DNA of 64,000 nt, taken from the NCBI GenBank assembly GCA_964016885.1, contig OZ024743.1, positions 167,586,001-167,650,000 on the forward strand, in the 5' to 3' direction. The stretch comes from Eledone cirrhosa. Lineage: Eukaryota. Positions 29,273 to 43,886 of the stretch are shown here, piece by piece. The position numbers were made by a program, and so were the translations under genes. The notes under the pieces were generated by a model, which saw only the letters and a program-made list of their open reading frames with translations, was not told where the DNA came from and did not search any database. Within the stretch, counting starts at the first letter, position 1. Each line of letters begins with the position of its first letter.

Positions 29273-30836
29273 TAGTTGCATTTATCTTGCTTTATGTTCA
29301 TACGAGTTATCACCAAGTCACAACCAGTGACCTCAAGAGACAACAAGGTCCACAATGTTCAAGAAAGAACATACATACTCAAACATGCATCTTTAGTGTT
29401 TAGACTTGTGATGTACTTATATTGACAGAATCTTCCTTAGTATATGGGCAGTTCCCATTAGTACTATCTTTTGTATTTCTCCTATACGCGGGTTTCCTGG
29501 GATTTGCGATAAGTAATCATTAGACCCCTTAGGTATCATTCCCAGAGCGCCTACAACCACTGGTATTGTTTTAGTTCTCAATTTCCACATTTTTCCAATT
29601 TCTATCTCCAGGTCCTTATACTTGCTCAATTTTTCAAATGTTTTTATAGATACATTCTTGTCTATTGGAACGGACATATCAATTAGCAGGCATACCCTCT
29701 TTTTAAAGTCCTTCAATATTATATCAGGTCTATTTGCATCTATTTTTCGGTCTGTTTGGATGCTAAAGTTCCACAAGATTGAGATGTGATCTTTTTCAAG
29801 TATGGGAGGTGGTTGATGCTCGCACCAATTCTTTTGATGGGGCAGGTCAAAATGCTTACACATTATCTAATCTATGTATTGTGCAGCTCTGTCATGCCTG
29901 TTTAGGTATTCGGTTGGAGCTATAGGACTGCACATTGAAATTATATGGTCAATGGTCTCAGGTTGTTTTTTGCATACACGGCATAATGGGCTGCATCCAT
30001 TTTTTATTATGTTGGCTTGGTAATTTTTTGTTGGCAGATACTGATCTTGTGCCAATATAATCAGTCCTTCAGTCTCCGATTTCCGTCCAGAGGATGCCAA
30101 GCACTGATGGGTTAAAGTTTTGTCAACATCAGGATTGTTAGCTCGCTCTGGGTATTTTCCTTACAGAGGCTTTTCTTGCCATTTCTTAGCCAGTTTTTGT
30201 AGCAGTTCTTTCTTTGCAGTTACTTTTACCTGCTTTCCTTTTTCTGTGTTTTCCATTTCAGCAGTAAATGGGACTTCTGAAATTTGTAGTCCATTACTGT
30301 ATCTTTGTGCATCTTTTGTAATGGAATATGATCTTTTGATGCTTTCGTGTTTCAAAACGAGTTTGTTCATCCAATCATGTGATTCCCTTAGATATGTAGA
30401 TAATCCAATTGTTGCAGTTTTCAACGCAATGTCTAACTGGACTAACCCACGTCCTCCTTCTTTCCTAGGGAGATATATTCTATCTATATCTGCCTTAGGG
30501 TGATGCATCCTGTACATGGTTAAGAATTTTCGAATTTTTGTATCGAGCCTACGGATCTCTGTGCTTGACCAATTGATGACATTGTAACTGTAGGTTACTA
30601 CTGGTATGGCAAGCGTGTTTATGGCATCGATCCTATTCCTTACATTCAATTCCGTTCTTAAGATTGCTGTAACATTCCTTCCTTACCCTTTCCCTCATTG
30701 TCGAGTGCTTGATTCCGTCTCCTTCACAAACACCTAGATATTTGTAAGTTTTTTCTTGATCAAGTTCTCTTATCACGTTCCCCCGATCAAGATTAATGTC
30801 TGAACTCTTCAGCAGCTTTCCTCTGGTGAACGTTGC

Positions 30837-30837
<1 letters not shown>
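29273..30837 (-). mobile_element. 5'-truncated Dong/R4-type RLE non-LTR retrotransposon (family 1), decayed
   Basis: Motifs RIYLPRKEGGRGL, CRVC..ETIDHIISMC (CCHC), RHD and NRPDII..LIDMSVP..KYKDL (RLE). (TAA)n lies on both sides. Confidence 0.9.
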
Positions 30838-30892
<55 letters not shown>

Positions 30893-30905
30893 GTTATTGT
30901 TATTA

Positions 30906-32167
30906 CTCCTTGAGTCTCAGTCATTGATGTTAGTTAACTGGAAAGTTTGTTGGAATGAATATCAAGCCACTACCTGCAGCCTCAGATATTCAGGACGTAT
31001 CGGAGGGTTCTTGCTGTTCCCAGTAAGCATGCCTTTTGAAGCGTTCCAAAAAGCGTGAAGGGACCGATTTTCTTTAACCATCCCTGGAAACTTTTGGAGA
31101 TAGTCCCCAGTGCGCCTATGACAATCGGGATTACTTTGACTCCATGGCAGTTCCAAATCCTCTTTACCTCCCACTTTAAGTCCTGGTATCGGTTAATTTT
31201 CTCCCTCTCCTTCTCTTGCACTCTCGTGTCGAATGGGCAGGCCACATCCACAATCAGGCACGATCTTTTTTCTTTGTCCACAACCACCAGGTCAGGTCTA
31301 TTGTGTTCCAGTTTCTTGTCCGTCTGTATCCTAAAATCCCACAGCACCTTCACCTGATCGTTCTCTATCACCGACTCTGGCTTATGCTCATACTATTTCT
31401 CAGAATGTGGTAAATTGTTTACTTTGCACAGGTGCCAGTGGATCACCCTGCCCATCACATCATGTCTCCAGCCCTTATAGTGGGTCTGGGCTAGGTGTTT
31501 ACACTCGAATACAATGTGAGCCACAGTCTCCTCTCTCTCTCCACAGATCCTGCACAGTGGTCTAGCCTCCTCCTTGTAAATATGGTGTTTCAACCACTTC
31601 GTTTTGAGGGCCTGCTCCTGCGGAGCCATTAACATTCCTTCTGTAGCCTTTTTAAGGTCTCCTCTTCTCAACCAGTTCCATGTCTGTGGATCTCTAAATT
31701 CAGTTTTCTCAAATAAGGTACTATGAAGGGATTTTTCCTGAAGGCTGCTCTTTCTCCTTGATGTTATTTCCTCCTTGGACATCCCCTGGCCTATTGTCCC
31801 CTCCTTCAGTACAGTTCTGAGCATTGGCTCCTTACTATCAGTCACGTATTTGTGGAGGTTTTTTTTCTCCATCTGAACACAGTCCTCTATGCTGATAAGA
31901 CCTCTTCCACCCTCAGATCTCCTTAAGTAGAGTCTATCGACATCACTCCTCTTGTGGAACATGTTGTAGATAGTCAATAGCTTCCTAGTCTTTCTATCCA
32001 TTTCTTTTTGTTCAGCAACATCCCATCTCAGAATTCCCGCACTGTACCTAATAATAGACACAGCTCGGGAATTTACTGCGCTTATGGCATTTCTGCTGTT
32101 CACATGTGACTTCAATACGCTCCTTACTCTCCGAATGTATTCAGTTCTTAACAATTCCTTCATTTTT
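30906..32167 (-). mobile_element. 5'-truncated Dong/R4-type element (family 2, copy 1)
   Basis: ORFs at 31393-32163 and 30982-31371 contain the CCHC and RLE (HNRPDLVVVD) motifs. Confidence 0.92.
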
Positions 32168-32169
32168 TA

Positions 32170-32205
<36 letters not shown>

Positions 32206-32206
<1 letters not shown>

Positions 32207-35200
32207 CTTGAATCTCAGTCATTGATGTTGGTTAACTGGAAAGTCCGTTGGATTGAATATCAAGCCACTACCTGCAGCCTCAGATATTCAGGACGTATCG
32301 GAGGGTTCTTGCCGTTCCAAGCAAGCATGCCTTTTGAAGCGTTCCAAAAAGCGTGAAGGGGCCGATTTTCTTTAACCATCCCTGGAAACCTTTGGAGATA
32401 GTCCCCAGTGCGCCTATGACAATCGGGATCACTTTGACTTCATGGCAGTTCCAAATCCTTTTCACCTCCCACTTTAGGTCCTGGTATCGGTTAATTTTCT
32501 CCCTCTCCTTCTCTTGCACTCTCGTGTCGAACGGGCAGGCCACATCCACAATCAGGCACGATCTTTTTTCTTTGTCCACAACCACCAGGTCAGGTCTATT
32601 GTGTTCCAGTTTTTTGTCCGTCTGTATCCTAAAATCCCACAGCACCTTCACCTGACTGTTCTCCATCACCGCCTCTGGCCTATGCTCATACCATTTCTCA
32701 GAATGTGGTAGATTGTTTACTTTGCACAGGTGCCAGTGGATCACCCTGCCCATCACATCGTGTCTCCAGCCCTTATAGTGGGTCTGGGCTAGGTGTTTAC
32801 ACTCGGACACAATGTGAGCCACAGTCTCCTCTCTCTCTCCACAGATCCTGCACAGTGGGCTAGCCTCCTCCTTGTAGATATGGTGCTTCAACCACTTCGT
32901 TTTGAGGGCCTGCTCCTGCGCAGCCATTAGCATTCCTTCTGTAGCCTTTTTGAGGTCTCCTCTTCTCAACCAGTTCCATGTCTGTGGATCTCTAAATTCA
33001 GTTTTCTCAAAGAAGGTACTATGAAGGGATTTTCCCTTAAGGCTGCTCTTCCTCCTTGATGTTATTTCCTCCTTGGGTATCCCCTGGCCTACTGTCCCCT
33101 CCTTCAGTACAGCTCTGAGCATTGGCTCCTTACTATAGGTCACGTATTTGTATAGGTTGTTTTTCTCCATCTGAACACAGTCCTCTATGCTGATAAGCCC
33201 TCTTCCACCCTCAGATCTCCTTAGGTAGAGTCTATCGACATCACTCCTCTTGTGGAACATGTTGTAGATAGTCAATAGCTTCCTAGTCTTCCTATCCATT
33301 TCTTTTTGTTCAGCAACATTCCATCTCAGAATTCCCGCACTGTACCTAATAATAGACACAGCTCGGGAATTTACTGCGCTTATGGCATTTCTGCTGTTCA
33401 GATGTGACTTCAATACGCTCCTTACTCTCCGAATGTATTCAGTTCTTAACAATTCCTTCATTTTTTTGTTCTTTATGCCATCAGCCTCCAGAACGCCCAA
33501 ATACTTGTATCCTTCCTCAGAGTCAATTTCCTTTATCATCTCACCTGTTGGTATCTGGATCCCGTTACTTCTGCTCAACCTACCCCTCCTCATCACAATG
33601 ACTCCACATTTACCAATACCAAACTGCATACATATATCACTGCTGAAAATACGGACAGTGTCAACAAGCACATCCAACTCCTTCTCACTTTTCCCGAAGA
33701 GCTTAAGATCGTCCATGAAGAGGAGATGATTGATGGTAAGCTCTCCCCTTCCCAACTTGTATCCTGCTCTCACTTTTCGCAGCATAATGGTCAAGGGCAT
33801 CAGGGCAAGGACAAACAACAGAGGGGACAGGCTATCTCCCTAGAAGATACCTCTCTTGATCTTCACGCTTCCCAAGGATACTCCAGTTGATGTCAACTCT
33901 GTCTCCCAGGACCCCATACTCCTGCCCAGCAACTGTCTGATGTTATCTGCCACCCTGAAGATGTCCAGGCTTTTGGTGATCCAGGAATGAGGCACCATGT
34001 CAAATGCCTTTCTGTAGTCTATCCATCCCATGGCAAGATCAGTGTGTCTCCTCCTGCAATTCCCCATTACCATCTTATCAATAAGCAACTGGTCCTTTGT
34101 ACCACGTGACTTCTTTCGGCATCCTTTCTGTTCGTCCGGCAACAAGTTGTTTGTGTGGAGGTGATGGTAGATTTCCTCAGACACAATGCTCGTCAACAGT
34201 TTCCACATTACGGGCAGACATGTGATAGGTCTATAGTTGGTAACATCATTACCCTTGATTCGGTCTTTCATTATCAGAACTGTGGTACCTTTTGTCAACC
34301 ACTCTGGCACCTCACCCGACACCAAGCAGTCATTGAACATGGCCGTCAGCTTCGGGTGGAGGGATGTTAAATGTTTAATCCAATACCCCTGCACACCATC
34401 TGGGCCTGGTGATTTCCAGTTGGTTAGTTTTTTGGCTTGCCCCTTAAGAGTTTCAACTGTGATACTCAAATCAGTCTGTTGCTGTGCCTGCTCACCGATC
34501 TCCCTCTGTACTGTCTCAATCCACCCTGCCTGGGCATTGTGTCTAACATCCTGCTCCCATATTCCTCTCCAGAATGTTTTAGCTTGTTCCGCCCCAGGGA
34601 TCAAGTCGTTGCCTCTTTCTTTCCCCTCAAGCTGTCCAAACAGCATCTTCTGGTTGTTGTCGAACATGCGGTTCTGTTTATACTGACTGACTCTGTTCTC
34701 GTATCGCCTGATTTTGGCACTCTTTGCTACAATGCGTTGCTTCAATTCCTCTATGATAATATTTAGCTTTTTACTCCTAGTTTTGTATTTTATTTCCAGT
34801 CTATTTTTAGTGCCTATGTTTTTTAGTGTCCCATTCAGTAGTGACTCAAGCTTTCCTATGTCATTTCTCATTTCCCCGATTTGCCCACTCAGTCGCTTCC
34901 TCCACCACGGCTCTGCTCTTTCTTGTCTGTTGTTTCCTCTCGCTTTTATACCAAGTAGTTTCCTCACCGTATTTGCTGTTGCTTTGAGGATATTGTTGCA
35001 CTGGTGAAGACTCCTCGCCTCAAGGTATGGGATGACTTTGTTTACCCTAGCTGTTGTTTCTTTTAACTTTTTCCTGTCTACAAATCTTAGGTTCATAGGT
35101 CTCCCACTATCATTGTTCAACTCATCTACCACTAAATTTAGGATGTCAACCGAATCTTGTCCTAGCCCGTCAGCATTCATCTCCTCAGTGGCCGTATCTC

Positions 35201-35282
35201 TGTTCCAGGTATTATTTATCTCAGTATTCAGATCATTGTCTGCTTCGGGTGGTTCCTCCGTTCTCAGGACCTCCTCACCTTC

Positions 35283-35283
<1 letters not shown>
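32206..35283 (-). mobile_element. Dong/R4-type element (family 2, copy 2), RT-CCHC-RLE frame with a single nonsense codon
   Basis: Motifs KSPGPDG, YRPITCL, DYRKAFDMVPH, GIF*GD (TAG at 33840-33842, in frame), HLLFMDD, CRIC..H..C and RPDL..D. Confidence 0.95.
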
Positions 35284-35373
<90 letters not shown>

Positions 35374-35380
35374 GTTATTA

Positions 35381-35731
35381 CTCTTTGAGTCTCAGTCATT
35401 GATGTTAGTTAACTGGAAAGTTTGTTGAAATGAATATCAAGCCACTACCTGCAGCCTCAGATATTCAGGACGTATCGGAGGATTCTTGCTGTTCCAAGCA
35501 AGTATGCCTTTTGAAGCGTTCCAAAAATCGTGAAGGGGCCAATTTTCTTTAACCATCCCTGGAAACCTTTTGAGATAGTCCCTAGTGCGCCTATGACAAT
35601 CGGGATTACTTTGACTTCATGGCAGTTCCAAATCCTTTTTACCTCCCACTTTAAGTCCTGGTATCGGTTAATTTTCTCCCTCTCCTTCTCTTGCACTCTC
35701 GTGTCGAATGGGCAGGCCACATCCACAATCA
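35381..35731 (-). mobile_element. Short 3' fragment of the Dong/R4-type element (family 2, copy 3)
   Basis: It reads IVDVACPFD...RYVLNI and has the same 3'UTR as the other copies. Confidence 0.92.
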
Positions 35732-35732
35732 A

Positions 35733-36450
35733 TTCTTCTTCTTCTTCTTCTTCTTCTTCTTCTTCTTCTTCTTCTTCTTCTTCTTCTTCTTCTTCTTCTT
35801 CTTCTTCTTCTTCTTCTTCTTCTTCTTCTTCTTCTTCTTCTTCTTCTTCTTCTTCGCTCACTTATTCCTGATAGTGTCATGGGGGCAGAGTCCTCAAACA
35901 CACCTTCTAGGGAGTCCCGTGAGAAGCAACCGTCTTTCCTTAGACATGTCTGTCGTATCAGAGCTGTGATTTCTTAATTAGTAGAAGTAGTTGTTCTACC
36001 TCGAGTGGCTACGTGATCTTAGAGCTACGTACTCTACTGAGTAACGTTACCCCAAAGACCCTTCGGTGGAACCTCATTTTAGCCGCTTGTATTCGTGATC
36101 GAATACTATCTGTCGTTACCCAAAATTCCTGACCATAGGTAAGGGTTGGCATGAATACCAAATTGAAGATAGCGAGTTTGGCTTTTACACCTACCTCCCT
36201 TCTTCTGATGACAGAATACTAAAGCTGGCGCATTACTGCACCAGCTCCTGCAATGAAGATTATGAACATGAGAGGTGACCGTATGCACACTTGGCGGAGA
36301 CCGACAGCCAGATTGAATGATTTCGACTTAGCACAAATACTACTCAAACTAGAGCATTGGCATAGAGACATCAAAGCGGCAACAAGCTGTCCATCGATCC
36401 CATACTCATGCAGAGCCCTCGACAAAAGAACGTAGTCGTATACCTTTTCG
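35733..36450 (-). mobile_element. Decayed RTE-clade (Expander-like) 3' fragment with (GAA)n tail
   Basis: It reads ALHEYGIDG..VGLRQ.C..SPLMF. The 3' end is ctgcccccatgacactatcaggaataagtgagc(gaa)n. Confidence 0.7.
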
Positions 36451-37081
36451 TTGTAATATTTGTTGTTATATTTGAAATGAAGGACTTATCAAAACTACAA
36501 AAAAAAACAAAAAAAAACAAAAGCAAAAAGACAACAAAAAACAAAACAAGAGAAGTGTTAGCAACAACGCCACTGGTATGGTGTTAGCAATAATGTCATT
36601 GGTGAATAGACAGCAACGACAGTAACAACAAACTAATTTTCTGTGGGTATGTGTGTGTGCGCGTGTTTGTATGTGTGTTTGTGTGTGTATGTGTGTGTAT
36701 GTGTGCGTGTGTGTGTGTGTGTTCATCACTTGTCTGCTGCAAGACACAACTATACACATGTATACACAAATACACAGACACACACACACACACACACACA
36801 TACACACGCACATACGCACACATACACACACAGACACACACACACACATACACACGCACATACGCACACATACACACACAGACACACACAAACACACACA
36901 TAACCACAGAAAATTAGTTTGTTGTTACTGTCGTAGCTGCCTATTCACCAATGACATTATTGCTAACACTATACCAGTGGCGTTGTTGCTAACACTTCTC
37001 TTGTTTTTTTTTTTTTTGCTTTCTTTTGTAGTTTTGATAAGTCCTTCATTTCAAATATTACAACATAGTAAATATTACAAC
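36450..37081. repeat. ~200-bp inverted repeat around a CA/TG microsatellite
   Basis: 36450-36647 is the reverse complement of ~36903-37081. Confidence 0.85.
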
Positions 37082-37084
37082 ACT

Positions 37085-37778
37085 CCACGTCTGCTGTCAG
37101 GATCTAGACTGGGGTTCTTTTTCTGAGAGGTGAATCCTCACGTGGCGAAGAGAATACTTTGCTGAACTCCTAAACGCAGTCACAACATCTGATGTCCATG
37201 AGATGCATCTAGCACCGATAACTAAACTTTCCGCGGCTAAGGTCACAAGAGCAGTCAAAGAGTTCAAATGTGACAAGGCCTCTAAGGAGGAGGATATTCG
37301 GCCTGAGGTGTTAAGAGCCTGAAATAGAGAAGGTATTCTCTGGCGCTGACTCGTGTGTGCCGGGTAGCCAGGATATTTTGAAAGGCACCTAAGCAATAGC
37401 AATCGGGAGTGAGAATCCCAATTGTAAAAAAGGGAAACAAGAGACATTGCTCCAATTATAAAGTACTCTTATTGTAAAGCCTTCCCGGTAAAGTCTATGA
37501 TAAGTGTCTGGCAAAGAGATGTAAGGACATTGTCAAGTCCAAGCTAGCTTATGAACTGTGTGGTTTTCGTCCCGGACGCCACAAAGTCAACCCAAAATTC
37601 ATACTGCAGCAGATCTTCGAGAAATCGTGGGAGTATTACCAAATGGTGTAAGCTTGTTTCGTAGATCACGAAAAGGTATACGACTACGTTCTTTTGTGGA
37701 GTGCTCTGCGGGAGTATGGGATCGATGGACAGTTTATTGGTGCTTTAATGTCTCTATGCGAATGCTCTAGTTCGAGTA
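37085..37778 (+). pseudogene. RTE-clade RT fragment
   Basis: Motifs EDIRPEVLRA, CSNYK, SLPGKVYDKCLAKR, CGFRPGR and ALREYGIDG. Confidence 0.75.
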
Positions 37779-40161
<2,383 letters not shown>

Positions 40162-40231
40162 GAAGAATGGCATGCTGTGTTGTTGCGAATGTGCTACATA
40201 TGAGGTAAAAATTAGAAAGAGAAGCCGGGCC

Positions 40232-40335
40232 TATCCATCATCAGTGGTCTACTAGCCAACATAGGTATTTCTTCGCATTAAAGATCAGATACCTCCGGCT
40301 AGCGCGAACAATAACTAAAATAATTTATTGGGATA
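40232..40335 (-). ncRNA. Permuted hammerhead-like motif, subfamily C (inverted copy)
   Basis: tatcc..tcgc g ctagc cgga ggta TC tgatct ttaat gcga a GAAA tacc tat gt tg gctag t agacca CTGATGA t ggata. Confidence 0.65.
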
Positions 40336-40763
40336 AAAAGAATTGGGTGGGGAAAGATAGACAGGTAAACAAACAAGAATAGTGAGGCAACGTAAAGAGA
40401 GGAAAAATGAGAAAATCAAGTCAGTGATTCATTTGAACACAAGAACTTGCGAACATTGACGAGAAGACGAAAGACCATACGTACCGTGCGAAAAGTGAGC
40501 GAGGAAAGAATTTCGTACAGTGCCGGACGTTGGAGGAAGTGAGAGAGGGTGAGTAGCAGAGAGTGAGTGAGTGAAAGTGTGAGGAAGAGGCTAGCCGAGA
40601 GAAGGTGAATAGCAGATGGGGAGAATGAAAGTAAGAGGGAGAAGGAGAGAGAAGGGGGAGAGTTCAAATAAATCACTGACATGATTTTCTCAGTTTTCCT
40701 CTCTTTACATTGCCTCACCATTCTTGTTTGTTCACCTGTCTCTCTTTCTCCACCCATTTCTTT

Positions 40764-40867
40764 TATCCCAATAACTTATTTTAGTTATCGTTCGCGCTAG
40801 CCAGAGGTATCTGATCTTTAATGCGAAGAAATACCTATGATGGCTAGTAGATCTTTGATGATGGATA
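40764..40867 (+). ncRNA. Permuted hammerhead-like motif, subfamily C
   Basis: Same layout, with the core mutated to agatct-TTGATGA. Confidence 0.6.
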
Positions 40868-41317
40868 GGCCCAGCTTCTCTTTCTAATTTTTACTTCATA
40901 TGTATCACATTCGCAACAAAACAGCATGCCATTTTTCATTCCTATATGATTTCCTCTTCGCTGTGACCTGTCTTTTCCTCTTTCGTTACTGCTATCCTCT
41001 TTCTCTCTCCTTCTCCCTCTTACTTTCATTCTCCCCATCTGCTATTCACCTTCTCTCGGCTAGCCTCTTCCTCACACTTTCACTCACTCACTCTCTGCTA
41101 CTCACCCTCTCTCACTTCCTCCAACGTCCGCCACTGTACGAAATTCTTTCCTCGCTCACTTTTCGCGCGGTACGGATGGTCTTTCGTCTTCTCGTCAATG
41201 TTCGCAAGTTCTTGTGTTCAAATGAATCACTGAGTTGATTTTCTCATTTTTCCTCTCTTTACGTTGCCTCACCATTCTTGTTTGTTCACCTGTCTCTCTT
41301 TATCCACCCATTTCTTT

Positions 41318-41421
41318 TATCCCAATAACTTCTTTTAGTTATTGTTCGCGCTAGCCTGAGGTATCTGATCTTTAATGCGAAGAAATAACTATGATGGCTA
41401 GTAGATCACTGATGATGGGTA
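41318..41421 (+). ncRNA. Permuted hammerhead-like motif, subfamily C
   Basis: tatcc caataact..agttattg t tcgc g ctagc ctga ggta TC tgatct ttaat gcga a GAAA taac tat ga tg gctag t agatca CTGATGA t gggta. Confidence 0.75.
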
Positions 41422-41655
41422 GTCCCGATATTCTTTCTAATTTTTACTTCGTATGTATCATTCGCAACAACACAGCATGCCATTTTTCATTCCTATATGT
41501 GACCTGTATTTTTCTCTTCCATTACTGCTATCCTCTTTTTCTCTCTCCCCCTTCTCTCTCCTTCTCCCTCTTACATTCATTCTCCCCTCTTCTAGTCAGC
41601 TTCTCCCGGCTAGCCTCTTCCTGACACTTTCAGTCACTCACTCTCTGCTACTCAC

Positions 41656-42420
41656 CCTCTTTTCTATTATTATGTTTAGTAGTATTAGTAGGATAAAGTA
41701 TATATTTAATTTGTTCATTGCAACCGCTATTTTTAAGGGCCTTATTATAATAAGGGGCTGTTTTATTAAATATTTCATCAGAAGACGAGAGGGCTGATAT
41801 CCTACGACTAATATTAGGGATAAGGTTTTTAAATACTGTAGGGGCGGGCATGACCATCTATTTATATATTTTAAATTTTCATTAGGTTTATGATAAGATT
41901 TTAAAGAAGCAGTAAGCAAATCAAGATTAATATCGAGGAAGTTAGTTATAGTTAGATATAATTTGGTTTACACCACCCTTTTCATTACTAATGTAGGCAC
42001 AAATTTCCCTGATCTTTTTAGATAAGCATTTACCCCAACAACATTGTTATAATAAAATTTTTGATAGAAATTTGAACAAGATTAGTTCTTCTTGCAGTCT
42101 ATCTATGAAATCCAAGATTACCAACGGGAAAATACATAGAGAAAATCCAGGATGTTCTTGCAGAAATGCAGAAGAATGTCCTCTACAGGGCAAATCTAAA
42201 ATAAAATCTGTTGTATATGAGGCTAAAGTGACACCTGTAAACAGAAACCAACCAGCTTCAGAGGAGCGATATGTGGTCATGACTCAAGATAAATTCAAAC
42301 AAAGGTATTACGCACATGTCCTTTCCTTCAGACACTCGGAAAAAAGAAAACCTCGGCGCTGGCAAACAGAGTGTGGGAGATGAAATAACGTGTGATTCTA
42401 TATGTAATTGATTGGTTAAG
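41656..42420. pseudogene. Hydra-like PLE fragments in inverted arrangement (RT thumb on -, linker/GIY-YIG on +)
   Basis: Minus: NFLDINLDL..YHKPNENLKYI..NISRRISALSS. Plus: CSCRNAEECPLQG..VVYEAK..YVVMTQ. Confidence 0.85.
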
Positions 42421-42790
42421 TCAGTATTGTTTGTTTGGGTATGGTTGTTGTCGTTATTCCATTCGTTTTTTCTGTTTAACTTTGGTCGTCTTATTTCTAT
42501 CTCAGTAGCTTCTCTGATTAAAATGACAGATTAAAGTTTAAACAAAGAATCGCTGCTCTCACCCTTAACGGGATCTTCTGAAACTAAAAAAAAAATCAAT
42601 CTGTGGATACAGAAGTAAATATTTCGAAAAACGTTACAACCGAAGGAAAACGGGAAAACGATACTTTGGTTCGTGAAGACGTTCCCTGGCAATGAACGGA
42701 AAAAAGCGAAGATAATACCTCGTTATGTGGGGCGATGAGAACAATTATACGCGAAGACAAAACCCCATTTATGGTATAAATGGAGCCATT

Positions 42791-42838
<48 letters not shown>

Positions 42839-43287
42839 AAAAAAGATGAAATCGAAAATGCAACTGAAGTTTTTTTTAAAAAATATATATTTATTCTGTT
42901 CCTTTACCGGTTTCGCAGTTCTTCTGCTTTTCAAAAGTAGGATTGAGATGGAGGGTTTTGGTTTTTCTCACATCTGGTTGGTCTTTGAATGTTACTTCTG
43001 TTTTATATGGAAAAAAGTGGCTCGAAATGACAGGTTTTTAGAGAAGTAATTTGATTGGTTGGTGAATAAGTATAATAAATTTCGCGTCAGTTCGCGTTAC
43101 AAAGTTCTTATTATATTTACCGTCAAACACGGGGGGGCTCAAGTTGTTTTTTCATATATGAGTGAAGTTTGGTTGGTTGATGCAGTCACGTGAATAAGCA
43201 CATCAGCTTTTGTGCCAGTTTGTGTTTGAATTTCTTTTTATTTAAAAAAAGTGGCTCACGAAGGCTTATTTTTAAATAAATGTAACT

Positions 43288-43620
43288 TGATTGGTTATAA
43301 ATGAAATTATGACTGTCACGTGAACAAATACATTAAATTTCGCGCCCATATTTTGGAATTTTTTTATAGCCATTTAGAGAATTTTGTGCCAAACAAAAGT
43401 TAATGGTCAAGAAAAAGGGATGGAGAGAATTGTTCTGAGTATGACTGATGTGCTGAAATGTAATTTGATTGGTTATAAATGAAATTATGACTGTCACGTG
43501 AACAAGTACATTAAATTTCGCACCCGTATTTGGGAATTTATTTTGTAGCCTTTTAGAGAATTTTGTGCCAAACAAAAGATAATGGTCAAGAAAAATGGGA
43601 TGGGGAGATTTGTTCTGGTT
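43288..43620. repeat. Two ~177-bp tandem units with ttgattggtt motifs
   Basis: ttgattggttataaatgaaattatgactgtcacgtgaacaa occurs at ~43288 and ~43465. Similar motifs occur at 11960-12190. Confidence 0.75.
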
Positions 43621-43855
43621 CAGTGAATATGGCTGGTGTGCTGGGGTGTCAGAATTTAGACTTTCTATTGAAATAAAGAAAGTAGAGATATGTATGTTTA
43701 TTTGTGTGAGTGTGTATATTTTTGTGTGATTATACGCATTTATATGTAAATATATGCCCATATGATATCAGCGTACGTATATATGTATGTGCGTATAATT
43801 CATAATTACGAAATTTGTTTTGGTCATTGTGAATGTATATATTATTACCTAATTG

Positions 43856-43886
<31 letters not shown>

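Larger units (their letters stand above)
40158..41655 (+). mobile_element. Non-coding element, subfamily C: inverted copy + tandem copies (~554-bp period)
   Basis: 40158-40660 is inverted relative to the tandem units at 40670-41655. Confidence 0.8.

Noticed and set aside
35284-35399. Poly-Ile N-terminus of the 519-aa ORF, and the poly-Glu ORF at 35457-35861
   Set aside because: Both are read-through of flanking (ATA)n and (GAA)n repeats.
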